DNA of 64,000 nt, from contig NW_025767538.1 of the NCBI RefSeq assembly GCF_003918875.1, forward strand, positions 186,001-250,000, in the 5' to 3' direction. Below are positions 13,968 to 25,552 of the stretch, piece after piece. The notes below the pieces were generated by a model, which saw only the letters and a list, made by a program, of their open reading frames with translations, had not been told where the DNA came from and searched no databases. The stretch is from Haliotis rubra (taxonomy: Eukaryota). Numbering within the stretch: position 1 is the stretch's first letter; every line of letters begins with the position of its first letter. A program made the translations under genes and the position numbers.

Positions 13968-15062
13968 AGGGACAGTGTGAAGCGATGGTTGTGGTTTGAA
14001 GTGACAGTGTGAAGAGATGGTTGTGGTTTGAAGTGACAGTGTGAAGAGATGATTGTGGTTTGAAGTGACAGTGTGAAGAGATGGTTGTGGTTTGAAGTGA
14101 CAGTGTGAAGAGATGGTTGTGGTTTGAAGTGACAGTGTGAAGAGATGGTTGTGATTTGAAGTGACAGTGTGAAGAGATGGTTGTGGTTTGAAGTGACAGT
14201 GTGAAGAGATGGTTGTGATTTGAAGTGACAGTGTGAAGAGATGGTTGTGGTTTGAAGTGACAGTGTGAAAGATAGTTTGTGGTTTGAAGTGACAGTGTGA
14301 AAGAGATGGTTGTGGTTTTGAAGTGACACTGTGAAGAAGATGGTTGTGGTTTGAAGTGACAGTGTGAAAGAGATGGTTGTGATTTGAAGTGACAGTGTGA
14401 AGAGAGATGGTTGTGGTTTGAAGTGACAGTGTGAAGAGATGGTTGTGGTTTGAAGTGACAGTGTGAAGAGATGGTTGTAAAGTGACAGTGTGAAGAGATG
14501 GTTGTGGTTTGAAGTGACAGTGTGAAGAGATGGTTGTGGTTTGAAGTGACAGTGTGAAGAGATGGTTGTGATTTGAAGTGACAGTGTGAAGAGATGGTTG
14601 TGGTTTGAAGTGACAGTGTGAAGAGATGGTTGTGGTTTGAAGTGACAGTGTGAAGAGATGGTTGTGGTTTGAAGTGACAGTGTGAAGAGTTGTGATTGGT
14701 TGTGATTTGAATGGTGACAGTGTGAAGATATGGTTGTGATTTGAAGTGACAGTGTGAAGAGATGGTTGTGGTTTGAAGTGACAGCTTGAAGAGATGGTTG
14801 TGATTTGAAGTGACAGTGTGAAGAGATGGTTGTGGTTTGAAGTGACACTGTGAAGAGATGGTTGTGGTTTGAAGTGACACTGTGAAGAGATGGTTGTGAT
14901 TTGAAGTGGCAGTGTGAAGAGATGGTTGTGGTTTGAAGTGACAGCTTGAAGAGATGGTTGTGGTTTGAAGTGACAGTGTGAAGAGATAGTTGTGATTTGA
15001 AGTGACAGTGTGAAGAGATGGTTGTTGCATTAGGTGATAGGGGTAGTGTGAAGAGATGGTTC
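13968..15062. repeat. 32-bp minisatellite (gaagtgacagtgtgaagagatggttgtggttt)
   Basis: Tandem units. Confidence 0.97.
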
Positions 15063-15670
15063 TGGTGTGAAAATATGAGTGTGATGTGAGTTTCAGAGGA
15101 GTTAATTTGAAAGAGCTGGTCATCCTCCATTCAGCCTATAATGGAAGAGTGAAATTGTTTATAGCTGCCATTCAGCTGACTTTTGAGAATGTTATTATGA
15201 TTCTGCTATGAATTTGACAGTCAGGGATCAAATCACAATGGCCACTGCTGATTGACTCAGCCAGTTTGACTGCTACATTACATTAATATTCATACCATAT
15301 TCAGTGCATTCAGTGCTTCCCACTATGGGCAGATAGCACAGGAAATCCTGCAGGAGAGAGTATTTCAGTGTCAGGGACCCCCCTGGAGCTGGAAGTAGGG
15401 TGTTCTTCTATAGCCTGTTGTAGCGTCACATTATCTGCTGACTGTGAGTAGTGTGATGTCACAGTAGTGGGTTGTCATGTGGAGCTGAACCAGGATTGCT
15501 GTTTCCTTGAGGGTGCCAACTTGTGTTGGTTCCCAAAGCTGCTGAGCTTCCAGTTCCAGTTTCAGAAAACAACAGTGTTTGAGTACATACAGCCCCCTTC
15601 TTTGTATAACTGCATATGTGTTTGTCCTTGATTGAAGCCTATGAACACAGATGTGATGTGGGTGTTTCAG

Positions 15671-15819
15671 ACTATCGTGTCCATGCTGTCAGTGCCGGCA
15701 ATCTTCTACCGCCCTAAAGGGAGGGAGGAAGACTCTGACGCTGCCCGAGAAAAGTTCCAGGTGCCTGAGAGTGACCATCTCACCTATCTCAATGTGTATC
15801 AGCAGTGGAAGAGGAATGG
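15671..15819 (+). CDS. DHX38: DHX38/PRP16 pre-mRNA splicing helicase, internal exon ([50 protein letters not shown])
   Basis: tttcag acceptor, gtgagt donor; peptide matches the recalled human DHX38 region [22 protein letters not shown]...[11 protein letters not shown]. Confidence 0.95.
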
Positions 15820-16844
15820 GTGAGTATCTGGCTTGCTTCAAGAGACATCGAGTGCCTGCTGCAGCAGTAGACTTGTAATGACACCAGGGATGATAGAGGG
15901 GTGTCATGACCAGTTGTCACCAATCACAGGTGATACCGTCACAGGCCACCCAAGCAAGAGAACTCCTCACTTACTCCAGGCCACCAAGTACCCTCTTCCA
16001 AACTCATCCAGTCCCCGCTGATTTCTCTGTAAAACCAGCAGTCTTCATGCAGAACTACTTCCACTACTTCACCAGCTTGTAAGATGCTGGGAGGAAGGCA
16101 ACTTGAAAATACAAATGTCTATACAAATGTATAGGAATAGATTGTTCAGATCCGTTTGTTTATAACTATCTTGATTGTTGGACCCATAAGTTTGTAATTG
16201 GTACTACAATGAGGTCCTTTGTTATCCAAACTATTGACAGTCACTTTAGTTGAAAGAGTGAAGACCTTTCTTAACTGATGACTGGTTTCAGCAGTGAGGG
16301 CTGCTCCAGAGGTGGACATGAGACAATGTAAAGATGATGGAGAATATTGGGATACATTGCAACATCATTAATGTTCTTGTAAGAACAACCTTCTCCATGC
16401 CTGGGAACATCTGGTCAGCTTGGTAAATGAATATAGAGAATGACATGTTGTGTTCACTCTTATTTTTTATTATCATCTCTTTTACACTGGGTGTTTTCAT
16501 CATGTTCTGGGGTTCCACTGGCTTGGTTGCTTTGGGTTGCAGGTCATATGCCCTGATACCCGCAAATAGCTAAACATAATAGTACAATTAACATCCCAGA
16601 CTTTGATATAATTTATTACTGCACACTCTAGAGGGGTAGAGTTTGATATATTAGATTATTGTAACTGTACATCAACGTACAGTACTCATGTATGATGCTC
16701 ATATAACAATGTAATTGTGTACGTCGCTCATGTAGCTGTGGACCCGGGTGATATGTACTGCCCCCCAATGATGGCTGGATGTTAATCTGTTTCTTCTCTG
16801 TTGTGGTACTACAGTTATGTCAATGAATTGGGTTCCCTGTGTCA

Positions 16845-17260
16845 CACTGGTTTCTCATGGTGTTCTCTTGGTGTTATCATGGTGTTCACCTTGTGTTCTC
16901 CACTTGTGTTCTCATGGTGTTTACCTCATGGTGTTCACCTCATTGTGTTTACATGTGGTGTTTACCTCATGGTATTCTCATGTTGTTCACCTTGTGGTGT
17001 TCTCCTCTAGGTGTTCACCTTGTGGTGTTCTCCTTTTGGTGTTCTCATGGTGTATTTGGGTCGGTGGGGTAGCCTGGTGGTGAAAGCGTTTGCTCGTCAT
17101 GCCGAAGACTCTGGTGTGATTCCCCACATGGGTACAATATGTGTGAAGCCCATTTCTGGTGTGATATTGTATTCCCACTGTGATATTGCTGGAATATTGC
17201 TAAAAACAGCGTAAAACTATACTCACTCACTCTATCATGGTGTTCTCATGGTGTTCTCCT
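16845..17260. repeat. Degenerate 11-15-bp repeat (tggtgttctca / tggtgttcacct), split by a SINE and running into a DHX38 acceptor
   Basis: Units on both sides of the SINE. Confidence 0.8.
17058..17232 (+). mobile_element. tRNA-derived SINE family A with (ACTC)n tail
   Basis: A-box tagcctggtgg, degenerate B-box; homologous copies at 32768 and 58625. Confidence 0.85.
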
Positions 17261-17268
17261 CGTTTCAG

Positions 17269-17323
17269 CTACTCTGCATCCTGGGCCAATGAACATTTCA
17301 TCCACATCAAGGCCATGAGGAAG
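17269..17323 (+). CDS. DHX38: DHX38 exon (YSASWANEHFIHIKAMRK)
   Basis: tttcag/gtaggt boundaries, phase 2 to 0 consistent; matches HFIHxKAMRK. Confidence 0.93.
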
Positions 17324-17467
17324 GTAGGTATTCATCAAGTAACATACACACACATCTAGCCTAACTGTGCAGGTGTGAGAGTATTGAGTACTCATGTTTA
17401 GTAGCAGGTGTATACTGAGTACTGTTGGGCTGAGGAGGTGAGTACTGACTTCTTGTGTGTTGTGCAG

Positions 17468-17602
17468 GTACGAGAGGTGCGGCAGCAGCTGAAGGAGATC
17501 ATGGACCAGCAGAAGATGGAGATGATATCCTGTGGCAACGAGTGGGACATCATCAGAAAGTGCATCTGTTCAGCATACTTTCACCAGGCTGCCAGACTCA
17601 AG
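17468..17602 (+). CDS. DHX38: DHX38 exon ([12 protein letters not shown]...[14 protein letters not shown])
   Basis: gtgcag/gtgaga boundaries; conserved peptide. Confidence 0.95.
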
Positions 17603-18384
17603 GTGAGACCAACCTTCAGACTCCATACAGCAAACTTTATACACACTCCCCTCCACACTCCCCTCCACACATGATGAAGCTGAACTCACGCGCAGCAATG
17701 TTGAGAGTTTTCAATATTTGTTTGTTTAATATTGAAAGGTATGATACTTTATGGATAACAACTTCTTTATAGGATTTTGACGCAACGTTTTAAGCAAACA
17801 TTCGTGCATGTATTTGTCAAGTAAGTGTGATAAAGAGACAAGATCTCCTGGCACAATGAGGTTGTGTGTTTTCTTCATGCCTGTTGTATTCCCTCCACTG
17901 ATCCAAACAAACAAGGTAGTTGAGTCCAATCCAGTCTTGTGTGGCTCTATTGATATCCTGAAGTCCTTGTTATTGGGACATGATGGTCTGTTGGTTCTAG
18001 ACAGTGTCTCCATCAGTGACAAGTACAGTCAGTCCTAGTGTGTCCCCCTGATCCAAACATGCCTGTCTGTAATGCCTGTCTGTCGTGTGAATGCAGGACC
18101 GGACACCAGCCATGTTGAAGTCTCGGAGTAAAGAGGCACCATTCCAGAGTGTTGTGGATAATGTGAACACTTGTGACCTCCTACATCTGTCACTAATTCA
18201 GTGCCCTGCTGGTCACACGTCTGCCACTCCAGTTGACCCACACAGGATCAGGGAGCTTGAGAGCATTCAGCTGTTGCTGTTCAGTGGCAAATATTGCTGA
18301 TAATGATCAGCTAGATTCTGTCCCCATGCATCCAAACACAGGTTTTCCCAACAGGTTGGCCACATTGTGCCATGACTCTATGCC

Positions 18385-18780
18385 TGTCAGTTCATCTCTG
18401 TCAGTTTACCTCTGTCTGTTCATCTCTGTCAGTTCGCCTCTGTCTGATCACCTGTCAGTTCATGTCTGTCAGTTCATCTCTGTCTGATCACCTCTGTCTG
18501 ATCACCTCTGTCAGTTCATCTGTCAGTTCACCTCTGTCTGATCACCTGTCAGTTCACCTCTGTCAGTTCACCTCTGTCAGTTCACCTCTGTCAGTTCACC
18601 TCTGTCTGATCACCTCTGTCAGTTCACCTCTGTCTGATCACCTCTGTCAGTTCATCTGTCAGTTCACCTCTGTCTGATCACCTGTCAGTTCACCTCTGTC
18701 AGTTCACCTCTGTCTGATCACCTCTGTCAGTTCACCTCTGTCTGATCACCTCTGTCAGTTCACCTCTGTCTGATCACCCT
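18385..18780. repeat. 14-bp two-variant minisatellite (cacctctgtcagtt / cacctctgtctgat)
   Basis: Tandem units. Confidence 0.93.
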
Positions 18781-19212
18781 CCAAGTCCTATAGGACCAAA
18801 GAGCTTCCCCTACTGTGGGCATCTTTTGCCAGGAATTATTTATATTAGGTTTGTGACGACGGAGATGGATATATTTCAGTTGTGCATGTCTTCTCACAGA
18901 AACACTGAGAACAAATAGTCTTGGTGTCATAATAAACTGGATGGAGGAATTTGTCATGGAACTTACACCCTAGCCACCACTAACTGGTTTGTTCAGATGT
19001 GTTTAGTGTCAGTAGCACGTCCTTCCTGTATGTGTCTGTAGAGTCACGCAACACCATGGCAACACAAGACCTTTATAAGTCTCTGTAGAGGTGCTCTCAT
19101 GTAAGTCACTTGTCCTTTGATGTCACTATTGTGTAATGTATCATGTTTTTAAGACATTGATGTTCCTTATATGTTGGTGATTGTGTTATGGAACATGCGT
19201 GTTGTTTTGTAG

Positions 19213-19347
<135 letters not shown>

Positions 19348-19444
19348 TAGTGACACCCTCTTGTGTGTGATATCCCACCATTCTGTAGATTGAGATATGT
19401 GTAATGAAACCAACCAATACGTGTATGGCCAACCAAGACACTTT

Positions 19445-19831
19445 CTGTTGTGTGTGATACCCTCTGTTGTGTGATATAAAGTCAGTGATACCCTCTGTTG
19501 TGTGATATAAAGTCAGTGATACCCTCTGTTGTGTGATATAAAGTCAGTGATACCCTCTGTTGTGTGATATAAAGTCAGTGATACCCTCTGTTGTGTGATA
19601 TAAAGTCAGTAATACCCTCTGTTGTGTGATGTAAAGTCAGTGATACCCTCTGTTGTGTGATGTAAAGTCAGTGATACCCTCTGTTGTGTGATATAAAGTC
19701 AGTGATACCCTCTGTTGTGTGATATAAAGTCAGTGATACCCTCCGTTGTGTGATGTAAAGTCAGTGATACCCTCTGTTGTGTGATGTAAAGTCAGTGATA
19801 CCCTCTGTTGTGTGACGTAAAGTCAGTGATA
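19445..19831. repeat. 31-bp minisatellite ending about 17 nt before a DHX38 exon
   Basis: gataccctctgttgtgtgatataaagtcagt. Confidence 0.95.
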
Positions 19832-19848
19832 CAATCTGGTATTTCTAG

Positions 19849-19944
19849 GAGTACATGCAGTGTGTGACGTCTGTAGATGGCGAGTGGCTTGCAGAGCTTG
19901 GACCAATGTTCTACAGCATCAAGGATGCCTCCAAGACAAGACAG
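19849..19944 (+). CDS. DHX38: DHX38 exon ([32 protein letters not shown])
   Basis: ttctag/gtgagt boundaries; conserved peptide. Confidence 0.95.
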
Positions 19945-20279
19945 GTGAGTAACAGTATACAGCCTGTGTTCGGTCATGTTACTCTTTCCCGTCACAGATT
20001 ATTTGTCCTTTGTATTAGTGTATCTCAATGGTATCTAAGAAGCATGTCATATTACGCTGCCATACAATTCTTTCTTTGGTACTGGTGGGGGAGTGAGTTG
20101 GGTTTATTACTGGTTTGAACCGTATACCAGTGATATTAAAGTAAAGCAGGTGCGAGACATTTACCACTTAAACCCACCAGTATGGGTGTGGTGTGGACAC
20201 ACCTAGAAACACTATCAGGGTTAACTGGGATTCGAACTGGGTTTCTGACATGCTCAAGGGACACATAGCTCAGCTATGG

Positions 20280-21030
20280 CGAACTTCGGTGTGATGTTTG
20301 ATCCATCCTCTGTCGTTCTGTCTCTACAATATCAGCAACATCAAGAAATATCTGACTGTGGATTGTCTGAAAACTCTTGTGCATACTAGTATCACATCCA
20401 GCCTTGATTACTGTAACTTGCTGCTTTATGGAACATCAAGCTCAAACATCAAGCTCCTACAGCATCTACAGAACAGCTCTGCTCGTCTCATCACGGGGTC
20501 CAGGAAGCACTGTGAAATCATACCAATCCTGCGGGAGCTACGTTGGCTTCCTGTACAGCAACGAGTCACCTATAATCCGCTTTCTCTTACATATTCAGTC
20601 CTGAATGATCCCACTGCTCCTGAGTATCTAAGACGCCTAATTTCGTACAAATACTTCAAACAGAACTCTTCGATCCAGCAGTGCTTTGAATGATCTTGCC
20701 ATCCCCAGAACCACCACTAAAATGGGGGAAAGGTGTTTTACAGTTGCAGCCCCAGCGTTGTGGAATGAACTTCCAGCTGAACTGAAAAGTGCAAAATCAT
20801 GGGATTCATTCAAAATAAAAACTTAAAACACACCTATTCAGACAATATTTTAGCTTTGAATCCTCGACCCCCCCATATTCAGCATCTTAGCTTTTACTGT
20901 CTTTTAAAGCATCACTGTGTTTTTTTAATCATTGTGTAATTTTTCTGTAAAGCGCCACTGAGCAGGAAATAACCTGGATATTAGGTGCTATACAAATAAA
21001 TTGTCATTCATTCATTCATTCATTCTTTCA
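20280..21030 (+). mobile_element. L2-like LINE 3' fragment
   Basis: LDYCN.LL.G, LQ.LQNSSARL, L.WLPV; (TCAT)n tail. Confidence 0.85.
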
Positions 21031-21032
21031 TT

Positions 21033-21230
21033 GATCTTCTGTAACCCATGCTTGTCGTAAGATGCGACTAATGGGATCGGGTATCACATGTCATTGGTTC
21101 CCAATTGTGCAGATGGATGCTCATGCTGTTGTTCACTTTATTGTCTGGTCCAGACTCGATTATTTACAGACCGCCACCATATAGCTGGAATATTGCTGAG
21201 TCCGGCGTAAAACTAAACTCACTCACTCAC
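21033..21230 (+). mobile_element. SINE family B (Meta-domain-like core), same 3' tail as family A
   Basis: ccatgcttgtcgtaagatgcgactaa core; gctggaatattgct...cgtaaaactaa(actc)n tail. Confidence 0.75.
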
Positions 21231-21451
21231 TATAACCTCCTTAGATGTTTACAGCTGTGGTGAAATCCACAAGAACTGGTATCGTTCAAAGAAAAACTGT
21301 GGCCCTGTACAACACTTGTATGTCAACTCTGTTTACAAGTTCCAGTCATACTGGACTTTAATGTTCCCACACAGCCTGCACTTTGAGGCAAGGTTGCATA
21401 GGGTGTTTAATCCCTGACTTTAAACTGTTCCTGACCTTCACCTTGTTCCAG

Positions 21452-21570
21452 GAGCGGAAGAAACTGGCAGAGGAGGAGTTGGTTGCCATGGAAGAAGAGA
21501 TGAAACGAGCAGAAGAGCTCATCAAGGCCAGGAAAGAGCAGCAGGATGTGTCAGCAGCGTCAGTCAGGAA
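21452..21570 (+). CDS. DHX38: DHX38 penultimate exon (ERKKLAEEELVAMEEEMKRAEE...SVRK)
   Basis: ttccag/gtgagt boundaries; AMEEEM coiled-coil segment. Confidence 0.9.
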
Positions 21571-21965
21571 GTGAGTATTGCTTTACACAGGACCAGAAGT
21601 GTGTATTGCTTTACACAGGACCAGAAGTGTGTATTGCTTTACACAGGACCAGAAGTGAGTATTGCTTTACACAGGACCAGAAGTGTGTATTGCTTTACAC
21701 AGGACCAGAAGTGAGTATTGCTTTACACAGGACCAGAAGTGAGTATTGCTTTACACAGGACCAGAAGTGAGTATTGCTTTACACAGGACCAGAAGTGAGT
21801 ATTGCTTTACACAGGACCAGAAGTGAGTATTGCTTTACACAGGACCAGAAGTGAGTATTGCTTTACACAGGACCAGAAGTGGATCAGTGAGTATTGCTTT
21901 ACACAGGACCAGAAGTGAGTATAGCTTCCCACAGGACCAGAAGTGAGTGTAGCTTCCCACAGGAC
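21568..21965 (+). repeat. 28-bp minisatellite containing the DHX38 donor site
   Basis: gaa|gtgagtattgctttacacaggacca, about 14 copies. Confidence 0.95.
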
Positions 21966-22314
21966 TAGATCATAAGGCAGTATTGCTTTAGCCAGCTGGC
22001 TCTGGCCTGGACATTTTAGACAATGTACACAATGACTGAGTGAAGCAGGCAATGTACACATTTCCCTGTAATATATATACATACTCTCTGTCTCTCTCTC
22101 TCTCTCTGTCTGTGGAATGAGTTTTTCTTTACTCAGCAGCAAACAGGAAGTGAGGGTGTACCTCATCAATAGTGTTGCTGACATCAGTATCAAACTATGT
22201 ATCTGCCTTTGACCAGCTAACATTGTATTTACTTAACCATGAAATCAGTTAACAGATTGTGACCTATATGTAATGGTGCTTGGTTTTCATATACTCACAA
22301 AACCATTATTCCAG

Positions 22315-22402
22315 GCCATCAATTGCGACACCAGGGCGGAAAGATGAAAGTTCTTCCTACATAACTACACCAAGGAGAACCCCAGCCAAGTTCGGTCTGT
22401 GA
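22315..22402 (+). CDS. DHX38: DHX38 last coding exon (PSIATPGRKDESSSYITTPRRTPAKFGL*)
   Basis: ttccag acceptor in the required phase; C-terminus matches the characteristic TPRRTPARFGL end. Confidence 0.93.
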
Positions 22403-23892
22403 TCTTCTGACTGTCGCCATTAGGTTGCTGGACCATGAAGAAGGGAAGACAATGCCAACTTTTCTTCAAAACCATATCTCCGATGTTCCTGAATGATATC
22501 GGTGTGGAGAGGAAGAGTGCAGAGGAAGCGCCATAGGTCACAATAGGTGACAATGAGGAGGCTGGGGAAGGATGGACATCGCCGACTAGAACACTGTACT
22601 CTATCGATCATGTTGGTTCAGGTGATGGAAAACACAAACACTGAATATTTACGTGAATGTAAACCCTTTATTAGATACAACCATGATCTGGACATTGGTG
22701 TCCTACAGGACACACATCATGTAGAAACAGACAAATATTATGTTACTAAGTCACCATTGATGAACTGTGAATGATTTCTACAACATGATGACGTTGCCAT
22801 GTATCACATGCACAGCTGGAATGAAGCATTGTACAGATCATTAAAGGAATCATATGTGCATTGTGTTGTGATAATATCCACCACTATGTGACATCTCCCA
22901 GCAATGGTATTAACCCTCAGAAAACAAGATTAACACAATAAATATATATACAGACTGACCGACAGACAGCTTCTCATTAATACTGGAGTCAACAAGCTGT
23001 AGAAAGTGGCCTGTCTGGACAGTGATGTTCATGAACCACAGACCATGCCACTGAAGTACAGCGATACACTGGCAACCAAGTCGTGACGCCTGACTACCCA
23101 ATCCATTCAGTCACCATGAGTCTCTGCTACTGTGGATTTCTGGGGATCTGCACTAACTCGGAATCCCCACAGTGTTCACTATTTGAGTCAATATTGCTTC
23201 ATGCTAAAGAGTCCAGTGAACTGCTTCTTGTTCTGAGAAGAAGTATACATTATACAGTGGCCACATTGATCTTTACAGCACAGTTATTGACTTCGCATGT
23301 ATGTCAGGTCAATGTCTCAATTCCTGGGCTCATCAAGTCTGCAAGCTCCAATAGCCATTACCTCATAGAAGTTACTTGACTCATGAGATCAGGATTGAGG
23401 GGACAGATTGGACTGGGACCAGGACAGTGGAAAATTAGTCCTAAGACTGTCGTATCTGCAATCACCCTAACACTAAGGTAATTGGACAAGGACAGTCAGA
23501 AGATCATTTGACATGGGTGGTAGTTGGGTCCTGGATGGTCAGTGCATAATTTGACCAGGAAGACGTGTGCCAGGAACAAGCATGCCAATTCCGTTTACAT
23601 AATCAGGGTGGGAGAAGAGTTGTCAAGGACATCACATTCATACAAGCTTTGTACATACTCAACATGTTACTTCAACATAGGGATGGATCATGATATGTAG
23701 TGTATCACAACAGTGTAGAAACATCAGTAGAATCACACAGTGAGCAAGGAACACCAACAGGTTAGAATTATACAGTATGAACCAGAGTTTATCACATTGA
23801 AATGCATTGTCAGGCATCTGTTGATATGATCTTCCATACTAAAGCACCTAATGCTTTCTAAGGGAGTCAGTATCCCAGCTCCGAGTAGTCAT

Positions 23893-24180
23893 ACAGCACA
23901 ACGCTGCTGTCAGCTACACATAGTCCCACAGCACAACCATGCTGTCAGCTACACGTGGTCCCACAGCACAACCCTGCTGTCAGCTACACATAGTCCCACA
24001 GCACAACCCTGCTGTCAGCTACACATAGTCCCACAGCACAACCCTGCTGTCAGCTACACATAGTCCCACAGCACAACCCTGCTGTCAGCTACACATAGTC
24101 CCACAGCACAACCCTGCTGTCAGCTACACATAGTCCCACGGCACAACCCTGCTGTCAGCTACACATAGTCCCACAGCACA
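23893..24180. repeat. 35-bp minisatellite in the presumptive SLC9A8 3' UTR
   Basis: gctgtcagctacacatagtcccacagcacaaccct. Confidence 0.95.
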
Positions 24181-24318
24181 GCAGGATATGTCCGTGAAGG
24201 AGCTTTACTGTCCACTTGTAACAAAGTAACCAGTATTCCTGGCTCCATCGATGACAAACTGGTCACAAGTTTCAATGGTCAGTTGACTAACTGGTCACAA
24301 GTTTCTATGGTCAGTTGA

Positions 24319-24441
24319 CTAACTGGTCATGAGTTTGGTTTCCTCTTCCTGCTCTGACTCGGAGTCGGATGGTGCTGCCCGGACATCCTGGTACCACTGA
24401 TTTGTCAGTGTCTTCATCCGGTTCTGGCCTTCCCGGACCTC
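24319..24441 (-). CDS. SLC9A8: SLC9A8 last exon (EVREGQNRMKTLTNQWYQDVRAAPSDSESEQEEETKLMTS*)
   Basis: ttgcag acceptor; MKTLTNxWY matches the NHE8 C-terminus. Confidence 0.93.
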   Translation of the reverse strand, partial: EVREGQNRMKTLTNQWYQDVRAAPSDSESEQEEETKLMTS

Positions 24442-24573
24442 CTGCAAGTGACAACACAGATTCAGTGGATCAAACATAGGCAAGACCTGGTGATCTAACC
24501 TCACAGAAACAGAGGTTTATTGCCATTATTACAGCCTCACTTTGTTGCGTGAAGATCAACTATCTAGCCATAC

Positions 24574-24717
24574 CTGTTTCGTGAATCTTCTTGTAAAGAA
24601 TGGAATGAGATACTTCACGTCCAGTTTCATGAAGCCTTTCAGATGAGGCTTGACGTAGTTGATCTCATACTCCTCCTCTGTCAGCTCAGACAGGTGCTCC
24701 GAGTCCACAGTGTCACC
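24574..24717 (-). CDS. SLC9A8: SLC9A8 exon 15 (GDTVDSEHLSELTEEEYEINYVKPHLKGFMKLDVKYLIPFFTRRFTKQ)
   Basis: ctctag/gtatgg; NHE8-specific SEHLSELTEEEYE and KYLxPFFTRR. Confidence 0.95.
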
Positions 24718-25270
24718 CTAGAGACAGACAGTGTATACTTCATATAAATAACAAACATCAAGGTTATACAGTCTATATACAGGAGACAGGTGCTCTGAGT
24801 CCACAGTGTCACCCTAGGGACAGACAGGGTATACTTCATATAAATAACAAACATCAAGGTTATACAGTCTATATACAGGAGACAGGTGGTCCGAGTCCAC
24901 AGTGTCACCCTAGGGACAGACAGGGTATACTTCATATAAATAACAAACATCAAGGTTATACAGTCTATATACAGGAGACAGGTGGTCCGAGTCCACAGTG
25001 TCACCCTAGGGACAGACAGGGTATACTTCATATAAATAACAAACATCAAGGTTATACAGTCTATATACAGGAGACAGGTGGTCCGAGTCCACAGTGTCAC
25101 CCTAGGGACAGACAGGGTATACTTCATATAAATAACAAACATCAAGGTTATACAGTCTATATACAGGAGACAGGTGGTCCGAGTCCACAGTGTCACCCAA
25201 AGGACAGACTTGCAGGATATACTTCATACAAACAACCAACGTCCAGCTCATATGCAGGAGAGACAGACAA
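24688..25270 (-). repeat. 96-bp minisatellite containing the SLC9A8 exon 15 acceptor and first 30 coding nt
   Basis: 5 good units plus 1 degenerate unit. Confidence 0.95.
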
Positions 25271-25380
25271 GCTATGTACAGTTTTCTTGCTGGAGAGACG
25301 TACATTGTGTAGAGATACATGTGTAACATACAGTTTAAATGGGACACATTATATATAGGTTATGTATCTGTATATTATAC

Positions 25381-25552
25381 ATATATACATGGAAGACAAA
25401 CAAAGGACAGATTGTCATATGCTCACCATCTCTTTAGTATATACATGGAAGACAAACAAAGGACAGATTGTCATATGCTCACCATCTCTTTAGTATATAC
25501 ATGGAAGACAAACAAAGGACAGATTGTCATATGCTCACCATCTCTTTAGTCT
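25381..25552 (-). repeat. 56-bp repeat, 3 copies, containing ACTAAAGAGATG|gtgagc
   Basis: Donor motifs at 25426, 25482 and 25538. Confidence 0.93.
25539..25550 (-). CDS. SLC9A8: 3' remnant (TKEM plus donor) of SLC9A8 exon 14; exon body not present
   Basis: AG ACT AAA GAG ATG|gtgagc lies where the human sequence has LSKTEKM, just before GNTVESEHLSEL. Confidence 0.55.

Noticed and set aside
9290-15130. Many Cys/Gly- or His/Pro-rich ORFs
   Set aside because: Products of the 27- and 32-bp arrays on both strands.
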